A DNA stretch of 64,000 nt. It comes from Podarcis gaigeae (lineage: Eukaryota). The translations under genes and the position numbers were made by a program. Below are positions 12,156 through 24,500 of this stretch, one piece after another (the first letter of the stretch is position 1; every line of letters starts with the position of its first letter). The notes beneath the pieces are model-generated. The model did not search any database, was not told the DNA's origin, and saw only the letters and a program-made list of their open reading frames with translations. The stretch lies in assembly GCA_964106915.2 (NCBI GenBank), contig OZ066924.1. One strand, given 5' to 3'.

Positions 12156-13182
12156 CTAAAGAAGAAGAAATTGCAAGATTTCATTTTTCTTTTCAATGCA
12201 GCAGCATGACAGAACGATTTTAAAGATAGACAGCAATATCTCAAAAGTTATAGCTGTATGCAATTTTGCCTAATATATGCATTTTTGTGTACACTTTCCC
12301 CAAATATATGCTTTTTATAAGCATATTTTTGTTGCAGAAATGCGTAACAGTTTATGAAGAATGTGAGCCCAACTAATTTCTCCATCCCTCTCGACTACAG
12401 AAGTATAGGCTAGAAGACTGTCTCTCAAAACCTAGTTCAAAGTTTCTCAAACTGCTCCATAAATTAGCTCCATTCAATTGGTCCACTGAAACACTGCAGA
12501 AGAATTGAGAAGTTATGAACTTTAAATTTTTGTGATGACAGAAACTGAAGCTATTTTGAGCAGTGTTAAATTATCAAGCAGGCTAACAAGACCATAATCT
12601 AAGGTTCATGATCCAGGTGGACCCCTTTATGCCATTCCATGGTTTAATATGAATGAGCAGTGTGCTTCTGCATGCCACTCAAAAGTCTTGGCTTTGATCC
12701 TTCTGTGTGACTTGAATGCTGGAAACAAATCATAAGCATTGGCATGTTGTCAAGCAAACCTTGGCTCACATTTTGTTTCCCCCCAACAAAACACAAGTGG
12801 TACACAGAAGATGACTTAGCTACTATTCATGGTTTATTTAGTGAGAAGCAAGCCACAAGTCTGAGTCTAGATGACACAACAAGCTGCTCTGGTGCAGCCA
12901 AGAAAGCAGGAGGAGCGAAGTGGTGACTCCACCAGTACACTGCTCAATTGCATAAAACAATTAAGGTGTAAAGGATGTATAAATATAGCCAGTATCTGCA
13001 AGTACAGCAGTTAGAGATCCCTGGCAAAAGTTGGATAACCCCCCCCCCCCCTGAATTTCAGAACAAAAGTCTAAGCAACATAATCATTCCATCCTGTCTA
13101 AACAGGAATTTTAGTGCCATGGGGAGAGGGAGTTTTAGGAAAATAGTGTTCAAGTCCACTAAAGATGTCAGTCAAAAAGGCT

Positions 13183-13185
<3 letters not shown>

Positions 13186-13240
<55 letters not shown>
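13186..13240. repeat. (TA)n microsatellite ~40 nt downstream of the exon 14 donor
   Basis: Direct reading. Confidence 0.97.
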
Positions 13241-13241
<1 letters not shown>

Positions 13242-13279
13242 CAATCTATGTATCATTTGATAGGAAAAGGGTTATTTAC

Positions 13280-13369
13280 CAAACGCAGTATAATCCATGT
13301 CTTCCAAATTGTCCAAAATATTTTCTACTGAAGCGCTGAACCTCTTGAAGGTAGACGAATCCATCATTT
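13280..13369 (-). CDS. NIPBL: NIPBL exon 14 (EMMDSSTFKRFSASVENILDNLEDMDYTAF)
   Basis: 90 nt, attag/gtaaat; follows a 105-nt intron. Confidence 0.96.
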
Positions 13370-13474
13370 CTAATAAAAATATGAAGTACAGTATATTTGA
13401 GCCATGATCAATTAATGGCAACTAACAATGGCAAAGACATTAAAGGTAGGAAACAACGGCGGCAGCAACCTTAC

Positions 13475-13546
13475 CTTCTGGTGTTAGCTTTGGTTCATAA
13501 GCTTTCCTCTTCTTTTGTTTCTCTCTTTTCTTCATTTTTCTAGCCA
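13475..13546 (-). CDS. NIPBL: NIPBL exon 13 (VARKMKKREKQKKRKAYEPKLTPE)
   Basis: 72 nt, ttaag/gtaagg. Confidence 0.96.
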
Positions 13547-14356
13547 CTTAAAATACAAAATGGAACATTTCCACAAATGCTTTCTTATATGGTAATACAA
13601 AGATTGTGTTCAGACATCACTATAATCATGGTTTATGGAGATGGGAATGAGCCCAGCCTCCTCCCTGGCTCATATGCTCTCCTCTCCTCCTGCTGCATGG
13701 CTGTGAGAGGAGACAGGAAACTTTTGCTTCCGCTTTCAGTTACCTGAAGCTTAGCATTATGTCCAAACCCTAAACTGAAATTAATCTTAATTATGGGTTG
13801 TTGAAATAAACTAGCTTCACAGCCAAGGTTAACAGCTTCCAAGCAAGCCAGGATCACAATCCAAATTCAAACCATGTTTGACTTCCAAATCCTGACTTTT
13901 TTCAAAGTCATTAACCATAGTTCCTGGTTCACATGAATGGAAAGCTATGGGCAATTGCAGCTTCCTGGTTTGTTTGGTTGCCTACATAAAAGGAGAAGTG
14001 ATGCGGGGGCTATGTGTAAGTACATGCAGCTCATGTATTATTGTGGCTTATTAAGCCAAGATTTCATCGTGTGAATGCAGTAATTCTTAGGTTCAGGTAG
14101 ATGTCACATTTAATCAATCTCAAAAACTTCCACACTCCTTCTTGGGGACATACTGAAGTAGAGGGGAATACAAGCCAGGGGAGACTAGGCTTCTTCCTGT
14201 CACTATAAAGTATGGTTTATCATGACATTCAATATGACCAATACAACTTTAAAACTATCTGTCAATAAGTCAGGTTTTTAGGAATACTTTTTTTAAAAAT
14301 TAAGCCTTAGAAAAAAGTTATCACTAATATGAGTTTAACAGTGGTGTGATAATTAC

Positions 14357-14560
14357 CCTCACTGAGGCTAGGAGGGGGAGAATAATCATCTACATCTGAG
14401 TCTTCTGGACTACGATTGCGATATCGACTGCTACCAGAGCTCCTCCTTCCTTCATGATAGTGGCTACTCCTTTTATGTTCTCCAGAAGCTCGTCTGTCAT
14501 GTTCTTCATATTGCCAAGCTTTATCATCCTCTCTATCCTTTTTATGCCTTTTCCGAGAAG
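14357..14560 (-). CDS. NIPBL: NIPBL exon 12 (TSRKRHKKDREDDKAW...YSPPPSLSE)
   Basis: 204 nt, tctag/gtaatt; hand-translated. Confidence 0.96.
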
Positions 14561-14759
14561 CTAGAAATTAACACACTGTTATGAATGCAATGTCCAGTTT
14601 AAAGAAACTCAACTTATCTTCCAGCTAGGAGCAATTCACAAGCATGTTTTCACTTCTTTCTTGGTGCAGTAGTAATCATGGAGGACAAACCAATAAAGCT
14701 CAAGTTGCTAAATTCTACTGAAAGTTTTCAAGCACAGTATTCAATATACAGAAACACGG

Positions 14760-15490
14760 AAGCCCATCCTTTCCTGTTTCTGCTCCCAAAAGCTTTTTCA
14801 ACCTTTTATTTCTTGTCTAACGTATTGCTGTGCTTACCTGGGCTTCATCTCTCACCTTCGATTTTTGGGTCAAGATCTGTATAAACTATTATTATGGTTG
14901 ATGTCTGACTTTCATTTGCTGTTTTCACTTCAGAAATTCCCACAGCTAAATATATAGGCTGAAGTGTGGGTTGTTTTTGTTTGTTTGTTTGTTTGTTTGT
15001 TTGTTTGTTTGTTTGAGTTAGTGCTAGTGGTAGTTTTTTTTTTTAAATTAAGCAGCAACATCCCAGATGTGCATGCAGAACTGACTTGTGTGCCAGCCAC
15101 TTCTTTGAAACCTTGATGCTGTTCCAGAATTCCTTTACTTACATTATTTCTCTTGCTCACTGAAACAAACATGTTCTCTCTTCTTTACCGTTTTCATCCC
15201 TGGCTCCAAATCTCATCAGGTGTTCAGTTTATATGTCTGATTCTCACTTTTCAGGCTCTCAAAAGTTGGCGGGAGCCCCTTAAAAATATATATATTGATG
15301 TTCCTGCCTGGACTCTACATTAATCTGACCCTCTTCTTGATAAACCTAATGTCTCTTATTCCATCAAACCTCTGCAACCTTTCTTCTTTTGCCTCTCCCT
15401 TAATAAGAAAATTAGTATGTTCCAGAAAAGTTTCAAAATGTAAGTTTGAATTTCTCTCCTATGCCTTTTCTCCCTCTTACTTTTTATAAA
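14760..15490 (-). mobile_element. Possible highly decayed L1/Tx1 ORF1 remnant, containing (GTTT)n at 14976-15015
   Basis: SKRNNVSKGILE resembles the L1 ORF1 SRRNNLRIxGIPE motif; boundaries uncertain. Confidence 0.3.
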
Positions 15491-16094
15491 TTGCCTATTG
15501 GTTGAAATTAGTGTTCCTTGACTGGATAAAACTGTGTATCTCTAGCTTCAGGTATACTTTTTAGCTAAAACTTTGATTTTCATTTCAAGACCAAGGACAC
15601 CATTATCTGTATTATTATTTTCCATTTCCCCCCAATTCTTTTAATTTTGTTTTGGAAATACAATTAAATTCCTAAACACTTTGTTTAGGGACCTATTCAT
15701 TTTATCTTCTTGTAAATAAAGCGTATCTGTAGCACCATGAAAGTAGTAGGATAGGAACCCAGAAGTAGGCATGTGCATGCTATTTTCCACTCCAAAATTT
15801 TTCAAACCCTTCCACTGAACCATAAAACCTTTCTTCTGGTGTTTCTTTACATTTTGTTCACTTTTTGCTCAGTTTCTAGGAAGGGAAGGAAAACATAGTA
15901 AGCCATCTTTTTCAGCCCAACTAGTTCATTAAAGGTGATTAATTTTTCTATAAAACACAATTTCCTGAAGCACCACAGATGAGTTCTCAAAATAAATTTG
16001 TTTACTGTTTAAAGAAAAAGAGCCATGTATGATTTCCATGACGCGTTTATCTCTGTATTGTAGTGAGTTCCTATTAAGTGACCTTTGTCTAAGT

Positions 16095-16230
16095 CAGACA
16101 TAGGCAAACTCAGCTCTCCAGATGTTTTGGGACTACAACTCTCATCATCCCAAGCTAACAGGACCAGTGGTCAGGGATGATGGGAATTGTAGTCCCAAAA
16201 CATCTGGAGGGCTGAGTTTGCCTATGCCTT
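16095..16230. mobile_element. Palindromic hAT MITE (URR1/MER-like)
   Basis: Perfect 8-bp TSD GTCTAAGT (16087-16094, 16231-16238); internal arms CTCCAGATGTTTTGGGACTACAA/TTGTAGTCCCAAAACATCTGGAG. Confidence 0.9.
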
Positions 16231-16659
16231 GTCTAAGTTATCTCCCCAAGAGTTGCCATACTACACCAGCATACCTCAACACAGCCTACTATAGTTTCCT
16301 CAATATGTCTACAGTACCCTACACAAGAAAACCATCCAGACTTGTGAAGGAGAGCCAGTGGCTAAATTCTGTCTCATCTCCTATTTGCTTTTATCTAAGG
16401 TACTCAAAATGTGAGACTGCAGGTTACATAGCTGTTTCCTTACTATGCTGAATCAGGAAGTGATTTACTTCAGCCACTGTGTTACTCAATGAAGACCACA
16501 GAATGCTGGGAGTGTGTAGACCTACTTGGTACCCCCCCCATGTGAACTACCCTGGCCTCATCCTTGCTCATCTGGCAGGACTGATTAGGAAGACACCACA
16601 AACCATTTTTAACACAATATATCACCATTATCAAAATGAGAAATCACCACTCTACTTAC

Positions 16660-16842
16660 TTTCAAAAGCCACTTCACTGTCATTGTCATCATCAGAACTG
16701 ATTTCAGCGTATTTTGGTTTTTCATTTACTGTGCTACGCTTACGTTTGTTCATTTTCACTCGTTCACAGAGAGGCATGGTAGATTCAATTTCTGCTAGGA
16801 GTTCTGGAGGTAATTCCTTTAACACTGACTGATCTATGCTAC
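16660..16842 (-). CDS. NIPBL: NIPBL exon 11 (GSIDQSVLKELPPELLAE...EVAFE)
   Basis: 183 nt, gatag/gtaagt. Confidence 0.97.
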
Positions 16843-19682
16843 CTATCAATGAAGAGTACACTGTGAGTGAATAAGGTTCTAAACAAATTAATATCTGCAT
16901 GTATTGATTAGCACTTTCACCTGTCCTTTCACACGGTATCACAATATAGTTTCTAAAAGTTAAAAAGTTATAGCAACTAGCAACACACAGCATTATCAGC
17001 AAAAAGACCTAATTCAAACTTTAAAGTACAAATTGTTAATTAAAATATCAAATCAATCAACAGCTCTTGTTTGCAAAAAATAAAACTTTAAAAGATCATC
17101 TCCCTCTCAGAAGCAGCCTACTTCAGCATGACTCTTCATAAGCACAATACACAATGTTTTATTTGCACCCATTCATTACCCATTTCATATTTGCATATAT
17201 AAGCAGACTGTGCATGTAATCAGAAGAAGGCAACTTTGAAAAGCTAGTTATGTTGACAAAATGGATATTCCCAACTTATAGCAGAGCAATTTTATGTGCA
17301 TCTTTAGATACGCTGGCATCATTTATAACAAGCATACTGTACAAACAAGTGGCAAATTCATCAATACTATGGTTCAGTTCAAGGACATGCCCCCTCCTGC
17401 CCTCAGCAAAGCCTTAACACAGTGAGCTATATTGCAAGCAGCTGACAGTAACTGCTGAACACTGGGTGATGGTGCCTCCCACAAGTTTTTGCTCACAAAA
17501 GGTGCCTCTCTCCAACTTTTGGTGAGCCTCCCCACCCCCATAAAAACTTTCTGGGAGTCACCTTCGAATGATGTGGGAAATGAAAAATTTCCTCCAGAAA
17601 AAAAAGCGTTGGAAAATTTTCTATTTCATATGTTCATTAAGAGCAATGAAAGAATGTCAAATGCAAAGAAGGCATAAGGTAAGCTTGGCAGTTTCAAAGT
17701 TTTTAACTTTGTTTACTGAATACAAGCAAAGTAAGCATGCTAAATCAGATCATCCTCTCTAGTCTCTGCTCCTCTCCTGTACTATTTATCCACAGTGAGT
17801 TGCAACATAACCACTGTGAAAACAAGGATCTTTCTCCAGTTATGAGAAATGAGGCATTACCCTTCTCTAACAGAACAAATGACTGAGGTTGAGATAAAAC
17901 TCACGGACACCTCTTCTCCCACTTTGACCACCTGATGCATACTTCCACCCTCTAGATTGTTGAGTTATCTAAAATGTTTAACACATCTGTCATGAAATCC
18001 GTTCATGTGCTCAAATTATAGTCTCTGACCCAGATATTATTTATAGATCAAGAAGTATTTAAATAAACCAGTTTTACACTATCGAAGTATGCTTGTTTTA
18101 CAGCTTAGTTACTATTGTCTCAGGCACATCTGTGAAAGGAAACAGTTCATTTTTCGAAGTGACAATGAAATAAATAAATAATCCCAACTGTAGGCCTTAA
18201 ATGAGGACAATAATGACAACATTCACATATCACAGTGAGCCAGAAACCATGGTGTACCATGCACAAGCCCATTATACCTACTCTGCTCCTCCCTCCTTGT
18301 GCTGAGGAACATAGCTTACCATGGACATGTGAATGTAGCCAATTCTTTTAATGCTAAAATGGGAGTTGTAGTTCCAGCATCAGTGACCATACAGTAATTG
18401 CTCTGTTTAAGTATAGATCAATATTTTGCAACCAAACATAGATAGAAAGCTAGCCACTCTTCTACATTCAGCTAACGTTTACAGAAATAAAGACATATAA
18501 TACATTGATGCCATATATATATGAAATTTGCATTAATTATAGTTACACATGTGTGTGCAATATAATAGTATCATGTTGAGCAAAAACCTTTAAAGGAAAG
18601 GATACTAATAACTGAGAAAGGACTACCATGTGTAGAAATGAGTAAATTAGCTACAACCTGGACAAGAACAGAAAGGCAAAACAAGCTGAACATGGTTAAC
18701 TAGGTGTACATGGCTGATCATCTGCTTATACTGTACAATATCTACACAAACAAATTAAGTTCCACTTTTTAGGTTGATATGCAGAATTAAACAGTTAGCA
18801 CTAAATCTTCATCTGAGGCTCTTCTTTGTGTGCTTCTGTCAACTGAGCTTCATTCAGCAGGTGGCTACAAGTGAAAGAATCTTCTTGATAGTGGCATACT
18901 TTCTCCTCAAAGAATTCAAGCTGGCACTTACTGCAATGCCTTCTCAGCACCAAATACCATTTTATTTTCACAAACCTACTAAATCATGATTTTTCTCTCT
19001 CTTTGTTTTCTTTTATCTGTTTTGATCCAAATATACTTTGTTGATAAAGTATTAAACAGGGAAATGATTATGTAATCATTATTTCCCGAAATCTAGGCAG
19101 ATTGGTGACTTCTGTGAAATTCCAACTTTAGGACAAGCCTACACCTGGAATTGTTAGAGCCATGTTTGTTTCATTATACCAAGCTAATATTGGTCATACT
19201 CAGTGTAGACCCACTGAAATTAAAAGACATGACTAATTTAGACCCATTAAAAGTCCACATTGGTTTTACTTAGCTGGATAAAACATAGTATTGTATTTTA
19301 CTATTTTTCTGAAAAATGCAGCAGGTTACCACCAAAGATGAAAGCTAGGAACCCTAAGAAATAACGCCCAAGTAAATATATAATAAACTCGATTCCACAG
19401 CTAGGCTGAAATAAAAACATGTACTTTTCCTGTGGGGTAGAAAATCAACACCTACAATACTTTTATCTTTGTTAAACAACCTTTTTGGATAATCAAGCTA
19501 TGTAAGTACAATATAATACAAAACAATCCCTAATATGTTTACACAAACTGATTTAGGAAAGTCATGGTTCGGAACAACAGCAACAGGAGCAACAACAAGA
19601 AAAACCCTCTCTACCAAAATTAAAATTTAGAATAAAACACACCATGATACTAGACATAATGGATAAAAACTTGAAAACTTAC

Positions 19683-21191
19683 CTTTGTTTGATCTGGATG
19701 ACTTGTTCTTGTTAGGTTTAAAACAAGAGCTTCTAGATTTGTCTTCTCTATCCTTAATAATTTTTTGTACATCATCCAAAGAAAGCTTCTGCAGAACAAC
19801 AACTGGTTTAGCTCCTTTATTTAGATCCTCCACAAGCCCAATCTTCTCAACTTTGTCCTTCGGTTCACCCTTAATTTCTGATTTCCTTGCTTCGTGCATG
19901 ACATTACCATCTTTATCACGTTTGATTTTTGGAATGATAAAGTGTTTCAAAGCCCCTGATCTTCCCCCCAACAAATAACTGGGAAATTCCGCTTTATTGT
20001 CTGTGTGTGCTTTGTTACTATCCATTTTGCTCTTATTACCATCTGTCCTTCGTTCATCTTTACTGTTGTGTGATTTAAAACCCGGTCTATCTGGCCTTAA
20101 TTTACCAATATCACTTTTACTTTCTTGTTTAATACGAGGGCTGTCAGGTCTTGGTCTCTGATCCCCAGATGACAGCCTATCCCGGGACTCACCAGACTCA
20201 TGCCTGTGTTTTCTGTCTAGTTTTTCAGGTTTTGTGTTATCAGATTTAATGATATATTTAGAGTCATGCTCGCCCTTACTCGAAGACCTCAAATACTCAG
20301 GTCTTCTCAGCTTGGATGAATCTCCTCTGTGTCTTTCTGATTCACCCCTGTCCTCAGATTTTTGTTTAAGGTTATCATGATCCCGTCTTAGAGAGTCAGA
20401 AACTGAACGTCCATCTGTCCTCTGTTTTAATGCATCAGGCCTTTCAGATTTCACTCTGGAAGGATCAGATTTCATGTCCATTTTATATTTAGATATATCA
20501 GGCTTCTTTTCTGAAGATGATTTACCAGAATCCCGCCTGTTTTCATGTCTGTGTTTGGGGGTTTCTGGCCTGCCTTCATTCTTCTGCTTTGGGGTTTCTG
20601 GCCTGCCTTCATTTTTCTGTTTTGGAGTATCTGGCCTCACTTCATTTTTCTGTTTTGGAGTCTCAGGTCGTTGCCTTATTTCCTGTTTGCCATTATTCTG
20701 CTTGCTCTCGTTTGGTTTCACATCCACCTGTTTACTCTCATGTTTGCTCTCATGTTTAATTTCTGCCTGCTTGCTTTCAGTGTGTTTAGTTTCTATCCGT
20801 TTACTCTCATTTTGCTGCACTTCTGCTTGTTTGTTTTCAGTGTGTTGTATTTCCACCTTTACACCTTCGGAATCTGACTTTTTCCTAGGGATGTCAGGGT
20901 GGTTTTCAGATTTTAGTTTAAGTACTCCAATAACATCCTCTTGAGGAACAAAAACAGAACCATCGTTACACTGCTTTATCTCTTCAGGCTTTTTGATGAT
21001 GTCAGAGTCCTGAGTAGCAGTTGCCTGAGAGTCCGCTCGTCCTGCTTGTTGTAGATCAATACTAACCATCAAGGCTGGCCTCGACCCATTTCCTGCAGAA
21101 CCTGTCTCCTGAGAAGCTGGTTTATTTCCTCCAGTAGCACCTCCAGCCTCCTGTGGATAGGAATCTTGTTTTCGTTTCTTCAAAGGCTTAT
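19683..21191 (-). CDS. NIPBL: NIPBL exon 10 (large exon; PETPK repeats; PxVxL motif PVVVL at 19792-19806)
   Basis: 1509 nt, tgcag/gtaagt; overlaps ORF 19627..21183. Confidence 0.98.
20552..20670 (-). repeat. NIPBL: 33-bp coding tandem repeat (RP[E/D]TPKQKNE[G/V]), 4 PxTPK motifs
   Basis: Seen in both DNA and translation. Confidence 0.95.
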
Positions 21192-21578
21192 CTGCAAATC
21201 AAAGAAAGAATAAATTAAAAATCTTCATTTTAGTGAATATGTCAAGGAAATGAAACATATGCATTTTTGTATGTTCATTGACTATGCCACATAACTGGAC
21301 TGCTGTAGAAAACAATATAACTTAAAATGAATTAGGGAAAGCTACTGAGATTTAAAAACAAAACAGTCACACTAAATTATGTCTGAACCACCTACAGCAA
21401 GATAGAACCAACTATACCAGCAAGAACAGGAAATAATTAAATTTCATCAACATTCATTAAATAAATAAATATTCTTTGAGGAATAAATATGATTCTGAAT
21501 TACATCTGTAACCTGAGGTACCACTGTATTCTGTCTAAAAGATTTGTGGTTAGCAATGAGCTTTTACAAAATTCCTGA

Positions 21579-21597
21579 CATCCACCAGGGGGAGCCC
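21579..21597 (+). promoter_or_regulatory. CTCF-like motif CATCCACCAGGGGGAGCCC
   Basis: Core CCACCAGGGGG matches; GC box CCCCGCCCCC about 95 bp downstream. Confidence 0.55.
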
Positions 21598-24500
21598 TGA
21601 GCTCTGCTGCCTGCCAATGCAAGAACTGCTAGGCAATGCTTATTTCCAAATGTATCCGTGGGAAATGATAGGATTTGATTCCCTCCTCCCCCGCCCCCGC
21701 GCACGGGGTTAAGCTAAGACTTCACCTGTTCTGGTGGTTACTTTCATTTTCTATTTTAGTTCTGTGGCTGCTTATTCCTAAACAAACCGCCCACAATTTG
21801 GGGCAACAAAAGGGAAGTAAACAAACAACCAACTGTAGTAGCACCAAAGGGGGAGAGGAGGAAGCAAAGTAAAAATAAAAACAAAAACATCACCAATTCA
21901 AAAAGATATAATAGGAAAAGCACCAGACCAAGAAAAGGCAAGTACTCAACAGAGAGTAAGGAGACTCAATCATCACCAACTGCAGGCAGGAAAAGTCAGT
22001 CTGGTGTGAGGGATCACTCCTCCCACTGGAGAGGAGGCAAAAGGCTTCAGTGAACCTGCCTGTTCCTTCCAGCAGGCAGTGCCATCTCTATGAGGAACAC
22101 CATCCATCATTCTCTAGTAAACGCTCCCCTGCCCCCAAAGTAAGGAACTTAAAAAACTAAAGGTAGCTAAACTAGGTCTCTTTAGTCCTGGCCACTGCAG
22201 CAGTGGTGGAAAAGGTGGAGGAAAACCCAATTTCTGAAAGACAGGTACCATAGCACTATAAAAGTGAAGGTGGAAAGAAAATCATTGCACAGAGAAATCC
22301 TGCCTCCTACTTGACTGAGCATAGAGCACGCCAGTGTCTGGGTGATTGGATAGTGCCAAAGAAAGAAATGACTAGTATTCAACAGTCACAAAGTTCATTA
22401 ATATAGCTCTTGTACAGATTTTTAGGACTACAGAAATTATAGTCCAGCAATCAGAACTCAGACCATCAGCCATGTCTTGTGGTCAGCATGACAACCCACC
22501 TATTTTTACAGTCCTCAGGAGAACGAGTTTTGCCAAGGCAGAGTGGCTTGGGGAATCAGAAGGTAAACAGACATTATACACCTGTACACGTAAAACTCAT
22601 TATTTTTGTTCTCCTGGCATGCATTTGTTTGTATCCCTAATTACAACAATTTTAGCTGAACCAAAATTTCTCAAAAGCCTTTTTTTTCTGAAAGAACTTG
22701 GAGATTTCACCCAGAAAAATATGTCACTTTGAAAATTTTATCTGAATGCTCTCCACCATTTTTTGTGGTGAACACTTTTTCCTTTTACAATGCCTTGGAA
22801 TGGTGTTAGGTCCAGGCAATGTTAAGAATGCAAAATGGTGGCCAGGCTGCCAACAGTTTCTTGCAACAGCAGTGGGGGGATTAATGAGAAAAACAAGCTA
22901 TACTACTGCTTTATAAGTTCTTACATAGGTTGTATCAGTATCCGTTAGCTACACTGATTAGTGAGCTCTGATCCACAAGTACTATATTTACCTGTATGGA
23001 TATTCTAAAAAAACTACTTGGTATGTATTCCTTATTCCTTATTTAATATGCAGGTTGCTCAGTATTATTTTTGTTGTCATTCACTGTAAGTAATGTCTTT
23101 AATTTCATTATCAGCTGACAAAGTGTCTAGTTCAAAACAGTTGATCCAATACTGTACTGCTTATTTGCTTATTGCTGTTGAATTCGTTACGTTGGAGCAC
23201 CCACCACAATACTTCTTGGGCATTGAAAGGCATCCTGCCTGCATCATGGTGTTCCTCACCAGTAACTCTTTACAGTAACTGTTTGGTTATGAACCGATAT
23301 ATATTATTTGGATATTACTTGGAAATTGTAAACTCTGGATGACATTCTACTACTAATTATAATATATTTATCACATTCATTAGCAACATGTTGCGGTTGT
23401 GTTTCAATAGATATAACTACATTTATAATGGCAACCCTAATCCCATTTCTCCTCTCTCCAGAAAGATGATGAAATGCTTATTCCCCCTTTCCCATCCCCA
23501 ATTTCTCTGTCCATAAATAGGGTTGAGAATTACAATAGATCATTTGCATACAACTAGTTTAGATTACAAAACTACCAATAGTGGACATAAAACTGTCTTT
23601 TAAAAAATATGCATTAAATCCATCTCCTGATAAGAAAAAAAGTGAGACACTAGTAAAAGGAAATAGTTAATAGTTAAACAATTACCTCTGAAGGATGTAA
23701 TCAGATTCTTTGACTTTTCATTGAATCAAAGATCAAAGTGACTCAAATCAGATCATATATAATCCTAGGAAATGAGATCCTTGAAGCTCAATATTTAAAG
23801 ATGGCAAACACACCACAGAAAACAGCACAACATAAAACATGGCCACTTCCTTTTTGTTCACTTATAGGCATGTGCATACTAGAATGAAATTAAGAGAAGT
23901 CTTATAATCTCTAGAAATTTCTTAATTTGTGGAATTTTGGATAGAATTTCCTACAACAGAAAACTGGAAGAAGCTTAAAACAGTGATGATGCAACTCTCT
24001 GGCTTTGTGTGTGAAAGGTGTGTGGAGACTTCAACACACTCGGTGGATTGAACCATTCAAAAAGGTTGTGGACATATGTAGCTTTTCAGTTGTTTTAAAT
24101 CAGATCTACATTTCCGTAAGTCAAACCAATTTCTTCTCCTTTCATTGGATAAGGAATCTCAGCACAGGACTTCAATCATGGCTTGGAACTATGTTATTCT
24201 AAATGCATGCATTTGTACACATACTGACTCACAGTCCATCAATGCCCACCTAAAACTTTGCTCATTATTTGCTCGAGTTGTGTTGCCTAGCCCACTATCT
24301 CCAGGATCTATTCAATCATTACGGACCCCTGGATTTACCTCACTAAAACAACAACAACCAGCCCTCCAATTTGAGATCATCCAGAATCTCAACTTATCCT
24401 ATGTTCTATAATTTATGAATCAGATTTTATATATTATCCATTCCTTGAGCCACATAATTAATAGAAGCTGCACTGACTCATGCAGAATGCTGATGGAGAG

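Noticed and set aside
12590-14230. AAACCATGGTTT-rich patches (also 18220-18340) resembling old DNA transposon remnants
   Set aside because: No definable TIR or TSD boundaries by eye
19685-20944. Plus-strand ORFs of 80-156 aa over exon 10 (also 29035-29295 and 44722-45069)
   Set aside because: Antisense shadows of NIPBL coding exons, with no independent protein features
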